DNA of 63,001 nucleotides, filler included, from Ministeria vibrans ATCC 50519 (lineage: Eukaryota; Protista; Filasterea): NCBI GenBank assembly GCA_943704425.1. It is 6 parts of 6 records of this genome, joined end to end, with 100 filler letters (N's around TTAATTAATTAA, not from the genome) between each part and the next. Parts side by side here need not be neighbours in the genome. Positions count along the whole stretch, not along the records: positions 37,206 to 44,543 come from CALSCP010002033.1; positions 44,644 to 47,507 come from CALSCP010000377.1; positions 47,608 to 60,564 come from CALSCP010001193.1; 3 more parts are not named here. One strand, written 5' to 3'. Numbering within the stretch: position 1 is the stretch's first letter; each line of letters opens with the position of its first letter. The position numbers and the translations under genes were made by a program. Shown in pieces: positions 41,396 through 51,417 of the stretch. A model generated the notes under the pieces. The model searched no databases and had not been told where the DNA came from. It worked only from the letters and a program-made list of their open reading frames with translations.

Positions 41396-42968
41396 ATGCG
41401 ACAACTTTTCGCGCTTCTGCTCGTCGCTCTGAGCGCTCGCACGGCGTGGGCGCAGCAGTCGGTCAGAGAAGCGGTCGTGACGATCTCCTTTTCTTCTGCC
41501 ACTGCAAACGTCACTTCTTCGCCCATCCGCAGCCAAGCCATCTACAACACCTTCTCTCCCGAGGTACCCTCGCCACTGTCGCCCCCTAGTCCACTGCGCC
41601 CAGCAGCATCTTCTCTCCGTCTCTCTGAGACTCACATTCAAATCTCAGTCCAAAAAAAAATTGACCGATTTTCGATTTTCAGATACCTTTTGAAGGCATT
41701 GCTGTGTCGACCACATCACCAACAACGGGGTGTGGCGACGTGCCGGCTGCCCCGCTGGCCAACGCCATTGCCATTCTGGTTGTGGGAGGAAACTGTTCGT
41801 TTGCCGACAAAGCCCGAAACGCACAGCGCGCCGGGTACGTCGGCGCACTCATCTACAACACAGACCAGCGCGACCGCGTTGTGGTCAGCACCGGAGGTAC
41901 GCTGCTTTCTTGCTGCTCTCTTGTCTTTTGGGACTCGTTTGGTTTCTATCAAGTTCACACTTTTGTCTTTTGCGCCAGCTGATCAGCAATTCCCAAGCAT
42001 CAGTGCCACGTGGTCTCTTGAAATGGTACGTTGAGGCCCACCACTGCGTACAATCATTTTTAATTTGATTTTGTGGTGTTTTACTTTTTGTCGTTTCGAT
42101 ACTAATAATAATGACAAAACTAATAATAATAATAATAATTATAATAAATAATAGGAAATCCTGACCTATCAACTCAGGCACTCCGTTGTGACGGTATCGA
42201 TTGAACCGGGCGAGTCGTGGCCGCTTTATCCTTACGCCTTCAGCAAACTCTTCTTCAACGTGTCCATTTTCTTTGTCGTCTTTGTCTGTATCACTTTGGC
42301 GTAAGGAACAGTCGTCAGGGTTCTTTCTTTCTAATTGTAATGTTTAGGTTTTTGGGCTTCTATTTGTTCAAGCGACGGCGTTTGATGCAGCATATTGAAG
42401 CGAATCTTGCGCGGCATCAAGAGCGACGCGAACAGCGCGCACGCGAAGTGCTGTCAACTTTGCCCACGCGCGAATTCAAAGGAGACAACGACGATAGCCT
42501 CACGTGTGCCGTGTGCATTGGCGAGTTTGAAGATGCTGATATTGTTCGCGTGCTTCCGTGTGCGCACGAGTTCCACAAGACGTGTGTTGATCCATGGCTC
42601 TCCTCTCATCACACGTACTGCATTGTGTGTCTTTTGAGTGTTACACGAGCTGATGATTTTGTTCTCTTTTGCTTAGTTGTCCACTCTGCAAATTTGACAT
42701 TTTGGGTGAAGACGAAGAAAGCGAAGAAGGAGAAGAAGGAGAAGGAGCGGAAGAAGAACCATTTAACAGCAACAGCGAGACATACACAGAGACAGTGACA
42801 CTGCACTCGCTGTCACACACCCCACTCACAGACCCCCATTCAACCCTCCACTCTCCTCTCGCCCACTCCTCCTCTGTTGAACTCGCTCCCGTCGTTGCTT
42901 TCTCCTCTCCTGACTCCATTATCCGCTCTTCGGAGTCTGCTCGTCTTCTCGCAGACTCTGATGTGTAA
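41396..42968 (+). CDS. PA-TM-RING E3 ubiquitin ligase (RNF13/RNF167/GRAIL-like)
   Basis: Signal peptide; PA domain [23 protein letters not shown]; TM; RING-H2 [24 protein letters not shown]..|CPLCK. Confidence 0.9.
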
Positions 42969-43792
42969 TACAACTTTATATTATTATTATTATTAATTAT
43001 TTTTATTTTTTTTCTGATCGGGATGTTTCTGTCATTACAGTCTCAGTAACTACTTTAGTATGGATAAAATGAAACTGGCACAATAGAAACTGTGCTCTGA
43101 CGTGGTCGAGACGATCAATGAGGGGCGCCAGTCGATGCGCACTCTGCATTGTTTTCGTTCCTGCGCGTCTGCTCACCCGCTGTTCGACCCGCGCGATATG
43201 AGGTGGGTTTCTTGTCACCTGATCACCTCCGACAAAGTGCCATCTTTAAGAGTGACCTGGCGTGCAGCTGTTGTGTCACGCTGGTCGCTGTCCCAGAAGT
43301 TGATGCGCATTGGCGCACGTACGGTCTGGCAGGTGCTCACTGCGTCGTTGAACGACTCGTTTGCCGCGTACATGAACAAAAACAACTTGCTCTCGCGGCC
43401 CATTAAAGAACTCCTGTTTCAAACACTTGGACCCAGTAAAGACGGCGGTGGACCGCATTGAAACCGCAATCATTGCGGGTGAACTGGCGCTACGCCTCAT
43501 CATGCTGAAGTCAAATGCAATACGCACTAGTCGATGTTGGTGAGGCGCGTTAGACATGAGAGACCAGCGAGGATCTCATTCTTTGCGACGGCAATGGCGT
43601 CCACATCTGATGACAATTTCAGTCAAACTTCATATCATACGCGTGAAAAAAAGTGTATTGTTTTGAAGAATAGCAAATTGAGTAAGTGGGGAGGATATAT
43701 AGTTTTAGAAACCCATCTTTCACTCAGGCTCGGATCAGCACACAAACACACTAATATAATTATATTTTTTAACTGCTTTGACAATAATAATT

Positions 43793-44543
43793 TCATAATA
43801 TTTCAGTAAAGGCAGTGATCATCGAGTCAGCTTGTGCACGACCAATGTGTGACACAAGGAATGCAAAGGCCTTGTCGGCCATAAGCTCCCAGACGTCCAT
43901 GAGATGCGCCAGGCGCAGACGCAAGAAAGCAATGGCGAGAGCGGTGGACGCGACAGATGCATTGCTTGACGAGACAGTGACAGTGCGCGTGACCGTCTCA
44001 GCGCTCAGTCCACACGCGCACATCAGCGCGTCGCTCATAGGGATGGACCCGTCAACGTGTTGCTGTTGGACCATCAAATCAAGGACAGAGGAGGTTTTGT
44101 CGGCATGTGCAGAAGAGAACGTGGGTGCATCCTCAGAGAGTCGGTGACTGGTGACGGGAGAGTCGACACGGCCACGCGAGAAAAGTCCCAAGAACGAATC
44201 GAACAGACTTCCGCGTGAAGACCTCTTGGCGCTCCTATTGAAGGATAGCGACGCGGTATGCAAGGAAGTGTTGCCTGTGTCGATGTTGCACGCGAGACAG
44301 TCGAGTGACTCGTTCTGTTGTTGGATGCACTCAGATATTTCGCGTGAGATCTGTGAGAGCGAATTTATTTGAGCAGTGACTGAGTCAAGAGCAGAATCAC
44401 GCGACAAGACTTGCATTGCAGCTTGTGACTGGGACGCCATGGCGGGCACATCAACATGTTGAACCCATCCGCCGCACTGCAGTCGCTCGTGGAGAGAGCG
44501 CACGTCGACTGCGACAAACGATGTGTGTGTGCTGGCCAGATTG
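43793..44543 (-). CDS. VWA5A/PARP4-type C-terminal region containing a Q-SNARE-like motif (5' part in gap)
   Basis: LASTHTSFVAVD, then LMVQQQHVDGS and STALAIAFL...WELMADKA.AFL, typical of VIT-vWA protein C-termini. Confidence 0.75.
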
Positions 44544-44643
44544 NNNNNNNNNNNNNNNNNNNNNNNNNNNNNNNNNNNNNNNNNNNNTTAATTAATTAAN
44601 NNNNNNNNNNNNNNNNNNNNNNNNNNNNNNNNNNNNNNNNNNN

Positions 44644-44678
<35 letters not shown>

Positions 44679-44882
44679 AAGTGATAGAGAGAGAAACAAA
44701 GTGATAGAGAGAGAAACAAAGTGATAGAGAGAGAGAAACAAAGTGATAGAGAGAGAGAAACAAAGTGATAGAGAAAGAGAAACAAAGTGATAGAGAGAGA
44801 GAAACAAAGTGATAGAGAAAGAGAAACAAAGTGATAGAGAGAGAGAGAAACAAAGTGATAGAGAGAGAGAGAGAAACAAAGT

Positions 44883-44935
<53 letters not shown>

Positions 44936-45078
44936 TGATAGAGAGAGAAACAAAGTGATAGAGAGAGAAACAAAGTGATAGAGAGAGAGAGAAACAAAGT
45001 GATAGAGAGAGAGAGAAACAAAGTGATAGAGAGAGAGAGAAACAAAGTGATAGAGAGAGAGTGTGTGTGTGTGTGTGT
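44644..45078 (+). repeat. Composite minisatellite array AAACAAAGTGAT(AG)n
   Basis: About 16 anchors, spaced roughly 18-26 bp by variable AG runs. Confidence 0.92.
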
Positions 45079-45126
45079 GAGTGAAACAAACAACAGTCAT
45101 ACCACAATTCGATCTGAGCTTCTTAC

Positions 45127-45338
45127 GTTCCATACGTGCGCAACACCAGCGTCCCCGTCTTATCGCCGTACTTGGGAAACACCGTTGGCGGCCCAATGAT
45201 GTTGCCGACGCCATACTAGTCCCAAACGAGCGTGTCAGAAAGGAAATAAACGATTAGTTATTTTACAGAATTTCTCGTAGAATATTGCGATGAGACGCGT
45301 TCCGCCCTCGCGACCCATTGGGAAACATATGAGTTCAT
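45127..45338 (-). CDS. FBXL4-like N-terminus (exons 45338-45267, 45215-45127), continues into intron/gap
   Basis: Spliced MNSYVSQWVARAERVSSQYSTRNS|YGVGNIIGPPTVFPKYGDKTGTLVLRTYGT resembles FBXL4 QYAKEV..FSSHYG..SY..NLAG.PNVFP..GD..T.V.RTYGT. Not present in the ORF track. Confidence 0.72.
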
Positions 45339-45518
45339 TGTATATCGAGAGAGCTATCAAGAAAGAAGTTCGCAACCCTGTTTGCGCTCTGTGTGGTCGA
45401 TGAATAAAACTGAAGATCAAAAACGTCTATTAAAATTGTATCGTCGTAATCATAATAATAATAATAATAAAACCAAATTCAATTCAATTGATCAATTCAA
45501 TCTTGTTCGTTCATTTTG

Positions 45519-45630
45519 ATGGCATCATCGTTACGCACCAAGCGGCGGCGCCCATTTGGCGAGAACCACGACAGTCCAAGGCAGGCGAAAGTGTACGTGC
45601 AAGACCGCAATCGCGAACAGATTTATGGTA

Positions 45631-45672
<42 letters not shown>

Positions 45673-46458
45673 TTATTCGAACAACCAAAAAAGAAAGTTT
45701 TTGGCGCGCGTTATGAAAGCAATCGTCTTTTCGCACTGTACTGAGCGCTGACGTGCTCTTGCGCCCGCGCGTCCACTCCCTGTAGAACACACAATGCACA
45801 TCCTCATGCAGTCGGGCGGCGACAGTGCGTTTGGCGGCCCATCGCTGCCGTACAGCGTCGAACGGTTTGAGGGAGAGCACACAGAGGCGTACTGCGTCGT
45901 CTGTACGTGCAGCCTCGACACCCTCCCCTGCTCCTTCTGCTCCAAACCCACGTGCGACGCGTGTCTCAGACAATGCGAACAGTGTCAGGATATCTTTTGC
46001 TCGTTTTGCAGCGTAACCAAGTAAGTTGACCGACATTGCTCAATATATCATTCAACCTGGACTCTCTTTTTGTGGTATATTCCAGTTACGATTGTACATC
46101 GGACCGAGTGTTTTGCTTGACATGCAACACGGAGTTACAGCAGCAGAACCAAAGACGCAGCCCTCCGTCAACGTCGCGTTGCCCTGCGCGCGACTCATCA
46201 CCGCCTGTCTCCACCTTTGGCTCGCCCCTCTCCTCCGCCGCCACCCAATACCAACAGTCGCCCCACCACCAACGAGCACAGTCAACCTCCATTGCATTCC
46301 ACCGCACTACTCGCGCCGACCTCTCACCCGCACAGCACATCTCACCAGGAACTCCCACCGGCGCGCGCTCCAGCCCGTTTCTCGAGCATATCGTCCCGCA
46401 AAGCCTCATTGAGGCCTTCGACGACCGCGACGAAGACTCAAACGACATGCAAATGTAA
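45519..46458 (+). CDS. SIVA1: Apoptosis regulator Siva homolog (3 exons)
   Basis: KRRRPF..SPRQAKVYV..REQIYE.T..IL, then Cys array CVVC..CSFCSKPTCDACLRQCEQCQDIFCSFC..YD..DRVFCLTC. Confidence 0.82.
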
Positions 46459-46650
46459 CAGTTCAAGACAACACCCATTCCGTCTCTTTTTCTCTATTGC
46501 TTTGACGAAGATATACACATTTCATTTCATTCCTTTTGTGTGTTGCGACAGTCCTGCGACAGGTACACACACGAAAAAAAATCGCTCTCATATTGGATAG
46601 GTGGTCTGCTCTCTCCCTCACTCTCTCATTGCGGATAGAAGTATAATGAA

Positions 46651-47419
46651 TTAGAACTAGAAATACAAAAAAAAAATCGGTGTGAGTGACAAGTGAAGTG
46701 AGAGTGTCAAGTGATGTGACAAGTGTGTGTGTGTCACGTTTGTGAGACACGCGTGTGTGTGTGTGTGTCAAGTGAGTGTGCCATATGTGACACGTGAGTG
46801 TGTCTCATTCGTAACATGCGAGACAAAGTGGTACTTACGCGAAGGTAACGTGTAATGTAGTCCTCGCGCACCTGCGCCTCGAGCTGCTTGCAGTCGTTGT
46901 AGAGCTGCTTGTCGCGCATCCATGCATGCTGGATGGTCTGGTCTTCCGTGTAGCGGTCTTTGGGGTCAACCTTGAGCAGACAGGTAATCACGTGGATGGC
47001 TATAGAGGAATGGCGCCGGTCAGAGTGGTGTCTCATCGCTACAATATGCACGAGATACGCACCTGCTTTGGAAATGTTGCGCCAGACATCCTTGGGGAAC
47101 ATAAAGGCAGCATTGCGCATTTGGTCACGGATGTCCTCGTCTTCATTGAAGGGGAAGGTGCCACTGAGGGACACATAAATGATGACACCCACCGACCACA
47201 TGTCGACGCTGCGCTGGTACCCTTCCTGCGAGTCCTCAAGCACCTCAGGCGCTATTTGATTCAAAAGAGACAAGGGAGAGTGAGTGGGTGAGTATCGAAG
47301 GTGTGTGTTTGCGTATAGTGAATCTGTGTCGTACCCACATAGGCGGGTGTACCCACAATGGACATCATGAATGAATTTTCGCCGACCACCTTGGCAAAGC
47401 CAAAGTCGCAAATCTTCGC
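46651..47419 (-). CDS. PRKD: Protein kinase D, C-terminal exons (rest in gap)
   Basis: [58 protein letters not shown] are near-diagnostic of PKD; inferred last exon TTC TAA. Confidence 0.92.
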
Positions 47420-47790
47420 CTACAATACGAAATACAGCATACAATGAATCAAAGGGTAAAACCCTTTATATTTTTTCCTGTCACTTTTTTTTCTCTCTCA
47501 CGCGTTTNNNNNNNNNNNNNNNNNNNNNNNNNNNNNNNNNNNNNNNNNNNNTTAATTAATTAANNNNNNNNNNNNNNNNNNNNNNNNNNNNNNNNNNNNN
47601 NNNNNNNGCAACTCAATGACAACTGGTCGAGTAACTACCAAGTCAACTCCCCTTATCCTTCCTCCATCCCCACCAGACTGTGCGTCTCTGCGCTGCTCTT
47701 TTGTCGCATCGTTGCCAATCTGATCCGCCTCCGTTTTTTTTTTTTTTTTTTTTTTTTTTTTTGTGGTCAACTCATTTTTTTCTTTTTTAG

Positions 47791-49526
47791 ATTACCGCCG
47801 GCAACGAAGACATACCCACGTCTGAAGTGACCAATAACCGAGCGACGCTGGTGGGCGGCCAAGCCGTATTTCAGTCCATTCGCTTTGTCAGTCGCAGCAC
47901 TTCTCGGTATATATATAATTAAACACAAGCAACAGTCCGCTCAACTCTTCGCTGTCTCTTTGCGCACAGTGGCGGACGAGGCAAACGCTTTGACATCACC
48001 ATCACAATCAACTCGTCGCCTCCCATCGTGGCAAAGGTTGTCGATGTCATTAAGATTACGGCGGACGGGCCGCGCGAGCCACGCTACTCACGCTACAAAC
48101 ACTCGGATGTGCCTTCCGGCTATGGACACGGCCATGGCGGAGGCGGCGGCGGCGGCGGCAGCGGCGGCAGCGGCTCGGGGAATGCGTCAGGCTCAATGCC
48201 GGGACTTCGTTCGGCGTCGGGATCGGGACGTCGAGCCAAGTACACTGATCCGTCATATCCATGGCGCAGGTCGGGACGCAAGCGACGTGTCGACGACGAC
48301 GAAGATGACCTTGACGAGGACTTTGACGAGGACTTTGACGACGACGATCCACCCGTTCCGGTCAGCAAGAGACGCTCTACGCCCAACAAACGAGCAGCGA
48401 CGGAGAAGACAAAGTCACCAGCCACACGCAGTGGTGGTGGTGGTGGTGGTGGTGGTGGCAGTGGCGGCGGTGGTGGCGAGGCTGCTTCTGTTACCAACAT
48501 TGCTGCCACGAACGCCGCCCTTGTGCCCGGCGTATACCCATCCCAGTTGATCTCTCACCAAATGCAACAGCCGCCACTTATGCAGGTTCCCGATCCGCTC
48601 TATCTGCCGCAGCAGCTTCAACAGCAGCAGCACCAACAGCAGCAGCACCAACAGCAGCAACAGCGAAGTCCTTTGCGTATGCGTGCAGCCCACTACATGG
48701 CCCTTGCCGACGCCTCGTTTAACACTCTACTCACCGTGTGCGGGCAAGTCGTGCAACAGGCAGACCGCACAGCCCAGGAGCTCCAAGAGTTCCAGAATGC
48801 CGTCGAACTGGCTGTGTCGTCTGAGCCGGCATTCTTTGACGAGAGCCAAGGGACCGACATGCTGCCGCTCAGCGAGTGTGTGGCTGTCTGCGAAGACATG
48901 AAACCGCATGTGGACAGCATCCAGGTGCAGGTGCGCAAGGCCATGGACCTCACGCACCATCTGTTCTTGTCCTTCCGCTCCATTGGCGACATGTTTGGCA
49001 TGCAAGCGCACGTCAATGGCAATCCCGCGTCCGCCAACAACCTTGCTGCGTCCAGTCGTACGGGCACCAACACTGGCGGTACTGGCGGCACAACAAGCAG
49101 CACCAATCCCGGCGGTGGTCCGCCTCTCATGCTTCGCTCCTCTCTGAGCACCGCCCTCATGGGAATGCCCATCTTCCAGCCCACCGATGTGAACCCGTAC
49201 TCGCTGGGCAACTCCCTCTCCTTTTCAACCACCTCCCTTCCTCGTGTTCCCAGTGCCTCTCTCATGTCTCTTCCCCCAGACGTCAATCCAAACCCTACCG
49301 TCACCGTCACCAACTCCTCCTCCTCCAACAACACTCCCACTATCAATGGCGCTCAGTCGCTCCGTCTCGAAGTGCCTCATCAGGTGCTCAACCAGCGCTC
49401 CTCTGCTACCTCAATGGCCCTTCCCTCGCAGCAGTACCAGCAATACCAGCAACAACAACAGAAGCAGCAACAACAACAGCAACAGCAACAACAACAACAG
49501 CAGCATCAGAGCCAACAACACCATCA

Positions 49527-49557
<31 letters not shown>

Positions 49558-50958
49558 CAGTCTGCCTTTCAACAACAACCCTACCAACCGCGTTTCCCCC
49601 CTCCTCCTCAGCAACAAGCCCAGTTTCAAATGCCACCTCAGCATCAACACCAACATCACCAACAACAATCACAACAACAACAATCACAACAGCAACAATC
49701 ACAACAGCAACAGCAACAGCAACAACAACAACAACAACAGCAGCAGCAGCAGCAGCAGCAGCGTCAGCGGCAACCATCCACAGACTCGCCGTCTATTCCA
49801 GGCTCTCCACCCACCAAAACAGAGCTTCCCGCTGACGCCACCACCGCAGGCATTTCTCTCCCCGTTGCTAGCATTGTTCTCCCCGCCACCGACGTTGCCT
49901 CTGCCGCCGACTCGGCCACGACTTTGCCTCTTGCCACTCTTGCTGCCGCCACCATTGTCGACCCAACGTCACCTCAGGTCTCCGAAATGGGCGAACGCCA
50001 TCTGCACTCCGCCGTTCTTCTTAAGCCCTCATCTGATGCCCCTCAGTGGCTCAGACTCACCGGGTTTTCCGCCTACGATGACAATGACGATGTTAGTTTG
50101 CGCAACATAGCAATATACACTCATACTCACACACATACTTACTTTTTATAGATGTGCCCACTGGAGCGCATTGTCGAGGGCCACTACGTCTACTTACGCG
50201 GTCTTGTCATTCAGGTGCGCAGCTCGGATACAAATCTACAGCCTGTACTTCTCGAGACTCAACCAAGCTCTTTTGTTTTTTCTTAGGATTCCAATGTGTC
50301 AACTTCACGTGGAGTGCGCACGAAACTGTCGCGCGTGCTCAAACTCACCGTGGGCCAAGACCAGCACTTAAAGTACACAATCGGCTTGGTTTTTGGTGGT
50401 TTGACTGATTCGGTTTCTCTTATTAGACCCTGTCTGTGGGCACAAACACAGTACGGTGTGTACCGACTTGAACTGGCAACACCCGCATTCCAACTGGTGC
50501 ACAACGAGCAGCGCGTCATTGCACTGCTACAGAAGGCAGCGAGTGGAGACGGGACGGACGTCGCTGTGCAACAACATGCATACCCGGCTGAAACAGTGGA
50601 GGGGGATGTGCCAGTTTTGCGTGTGTCATCGCCGGCGACTGATACAAGTCTCACTGCTGCTGCCCCTGTGAATGGTACTGTGGGTGAGGGGGGTGCGCCA
50701 CCCAGTGAGCCCATTGCTGCCACGATAACCACTGCCACCACCACCACTACTAGTGGCTCCCCTACAACTGCAGCGTCTTCGCAATTTGTTCCGCCGACGA
50801 TGACCTCTGTCGTGCGCCATGCGACCGATCTTGCCTTTCGTGAGGCGCGACTGCTGCCACGCAAGAAACGTCTCGAGTCGGAAACCACGGAGGCCGACCC
50901 GAGGATTATCGGTGGTATTCCCTGCACCCCTGATCTCATGGATGTTCCCGAGGAGTAA
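47791..50958 (+). CDS. RUNX: Runt-domain (Runx) transcription factor fused to a C-terminal DNMT1-RFTS/RFD-like domain (5' end in gap)
   Basis: Exons 47791-47906, 47970-50091, 50152-50214, 50287-50372, 50427-50958. Runt: ITAGNED..NNRA...AVFQSIRFVSRS..GRGKRFDITITI..PP.VA....IKITADGPREPR. Confidence 0.9.
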
Positions 50959-51029
50959 AATTTGTATTCTTTCACGTCATTTAAGAAAAATAATATTGAT
51001 ATTTTTAGAGAATAGACGATTAAGAAAAA

Positions 51030-51250
51030 TAATAAAAAGAGAATCAAGAGCTGTACTCAATGTCAAAACAAGACAATATACAAAGCAAAGAGCAGCACAA
51101 TACTTCCGCCGTAGACTTCAAGACGAGAATGTCCCGAAAAAGGCCAAGACCCACTGAAGGCACAGGTTAATAATAATAATATTAATAATAATAGGAAAAT
51201 AAAGAGAATCGAGAGCTGTACTCAATGTCAAAGCAAAACTAATATAATTA
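51030..51250 (+). repeat. Dispersed intergenic repeat, copy 2 (51035-51156) and truncated copy 3 (51193-51245)
   Basis: agagctgtactcaatgtcaaa occurs twice; the first copy continues gagcagcacaatacttccgccgtagacttc.agacgagaatgtccc. Confidence 0.88.
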
Positions 51251-51417
51251 TATTAATAATAATATAATAATTTATTATTGTTTTTTATTATTGTTAGTTA
51301 TTATTATTATTATTAATAATTTAATTTTGCTTCTGCCTATTCGCTTCCCTGAGTTACCTCAAAATCCTCATTCCTCAAACGCCAAACAATACTCTTTTTT
51401 GCGACTGTGATCCTGAC

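Noticed and set aside
44644-45078. Repeat-spacer pattern resembling a CRISPR array
   Set aside because: Spacers are only (AG)n, units are 18-26 bp, there are no cas genes, and the context is a eukaryotic intron.
50041-50958. A separate DNMT1 gene following Runx
   Set aside because: The RFTS start is in the same exon and frame as the Runt end, and no CXXC, BAH or methyltransferase domain follows before the stop at 50958.
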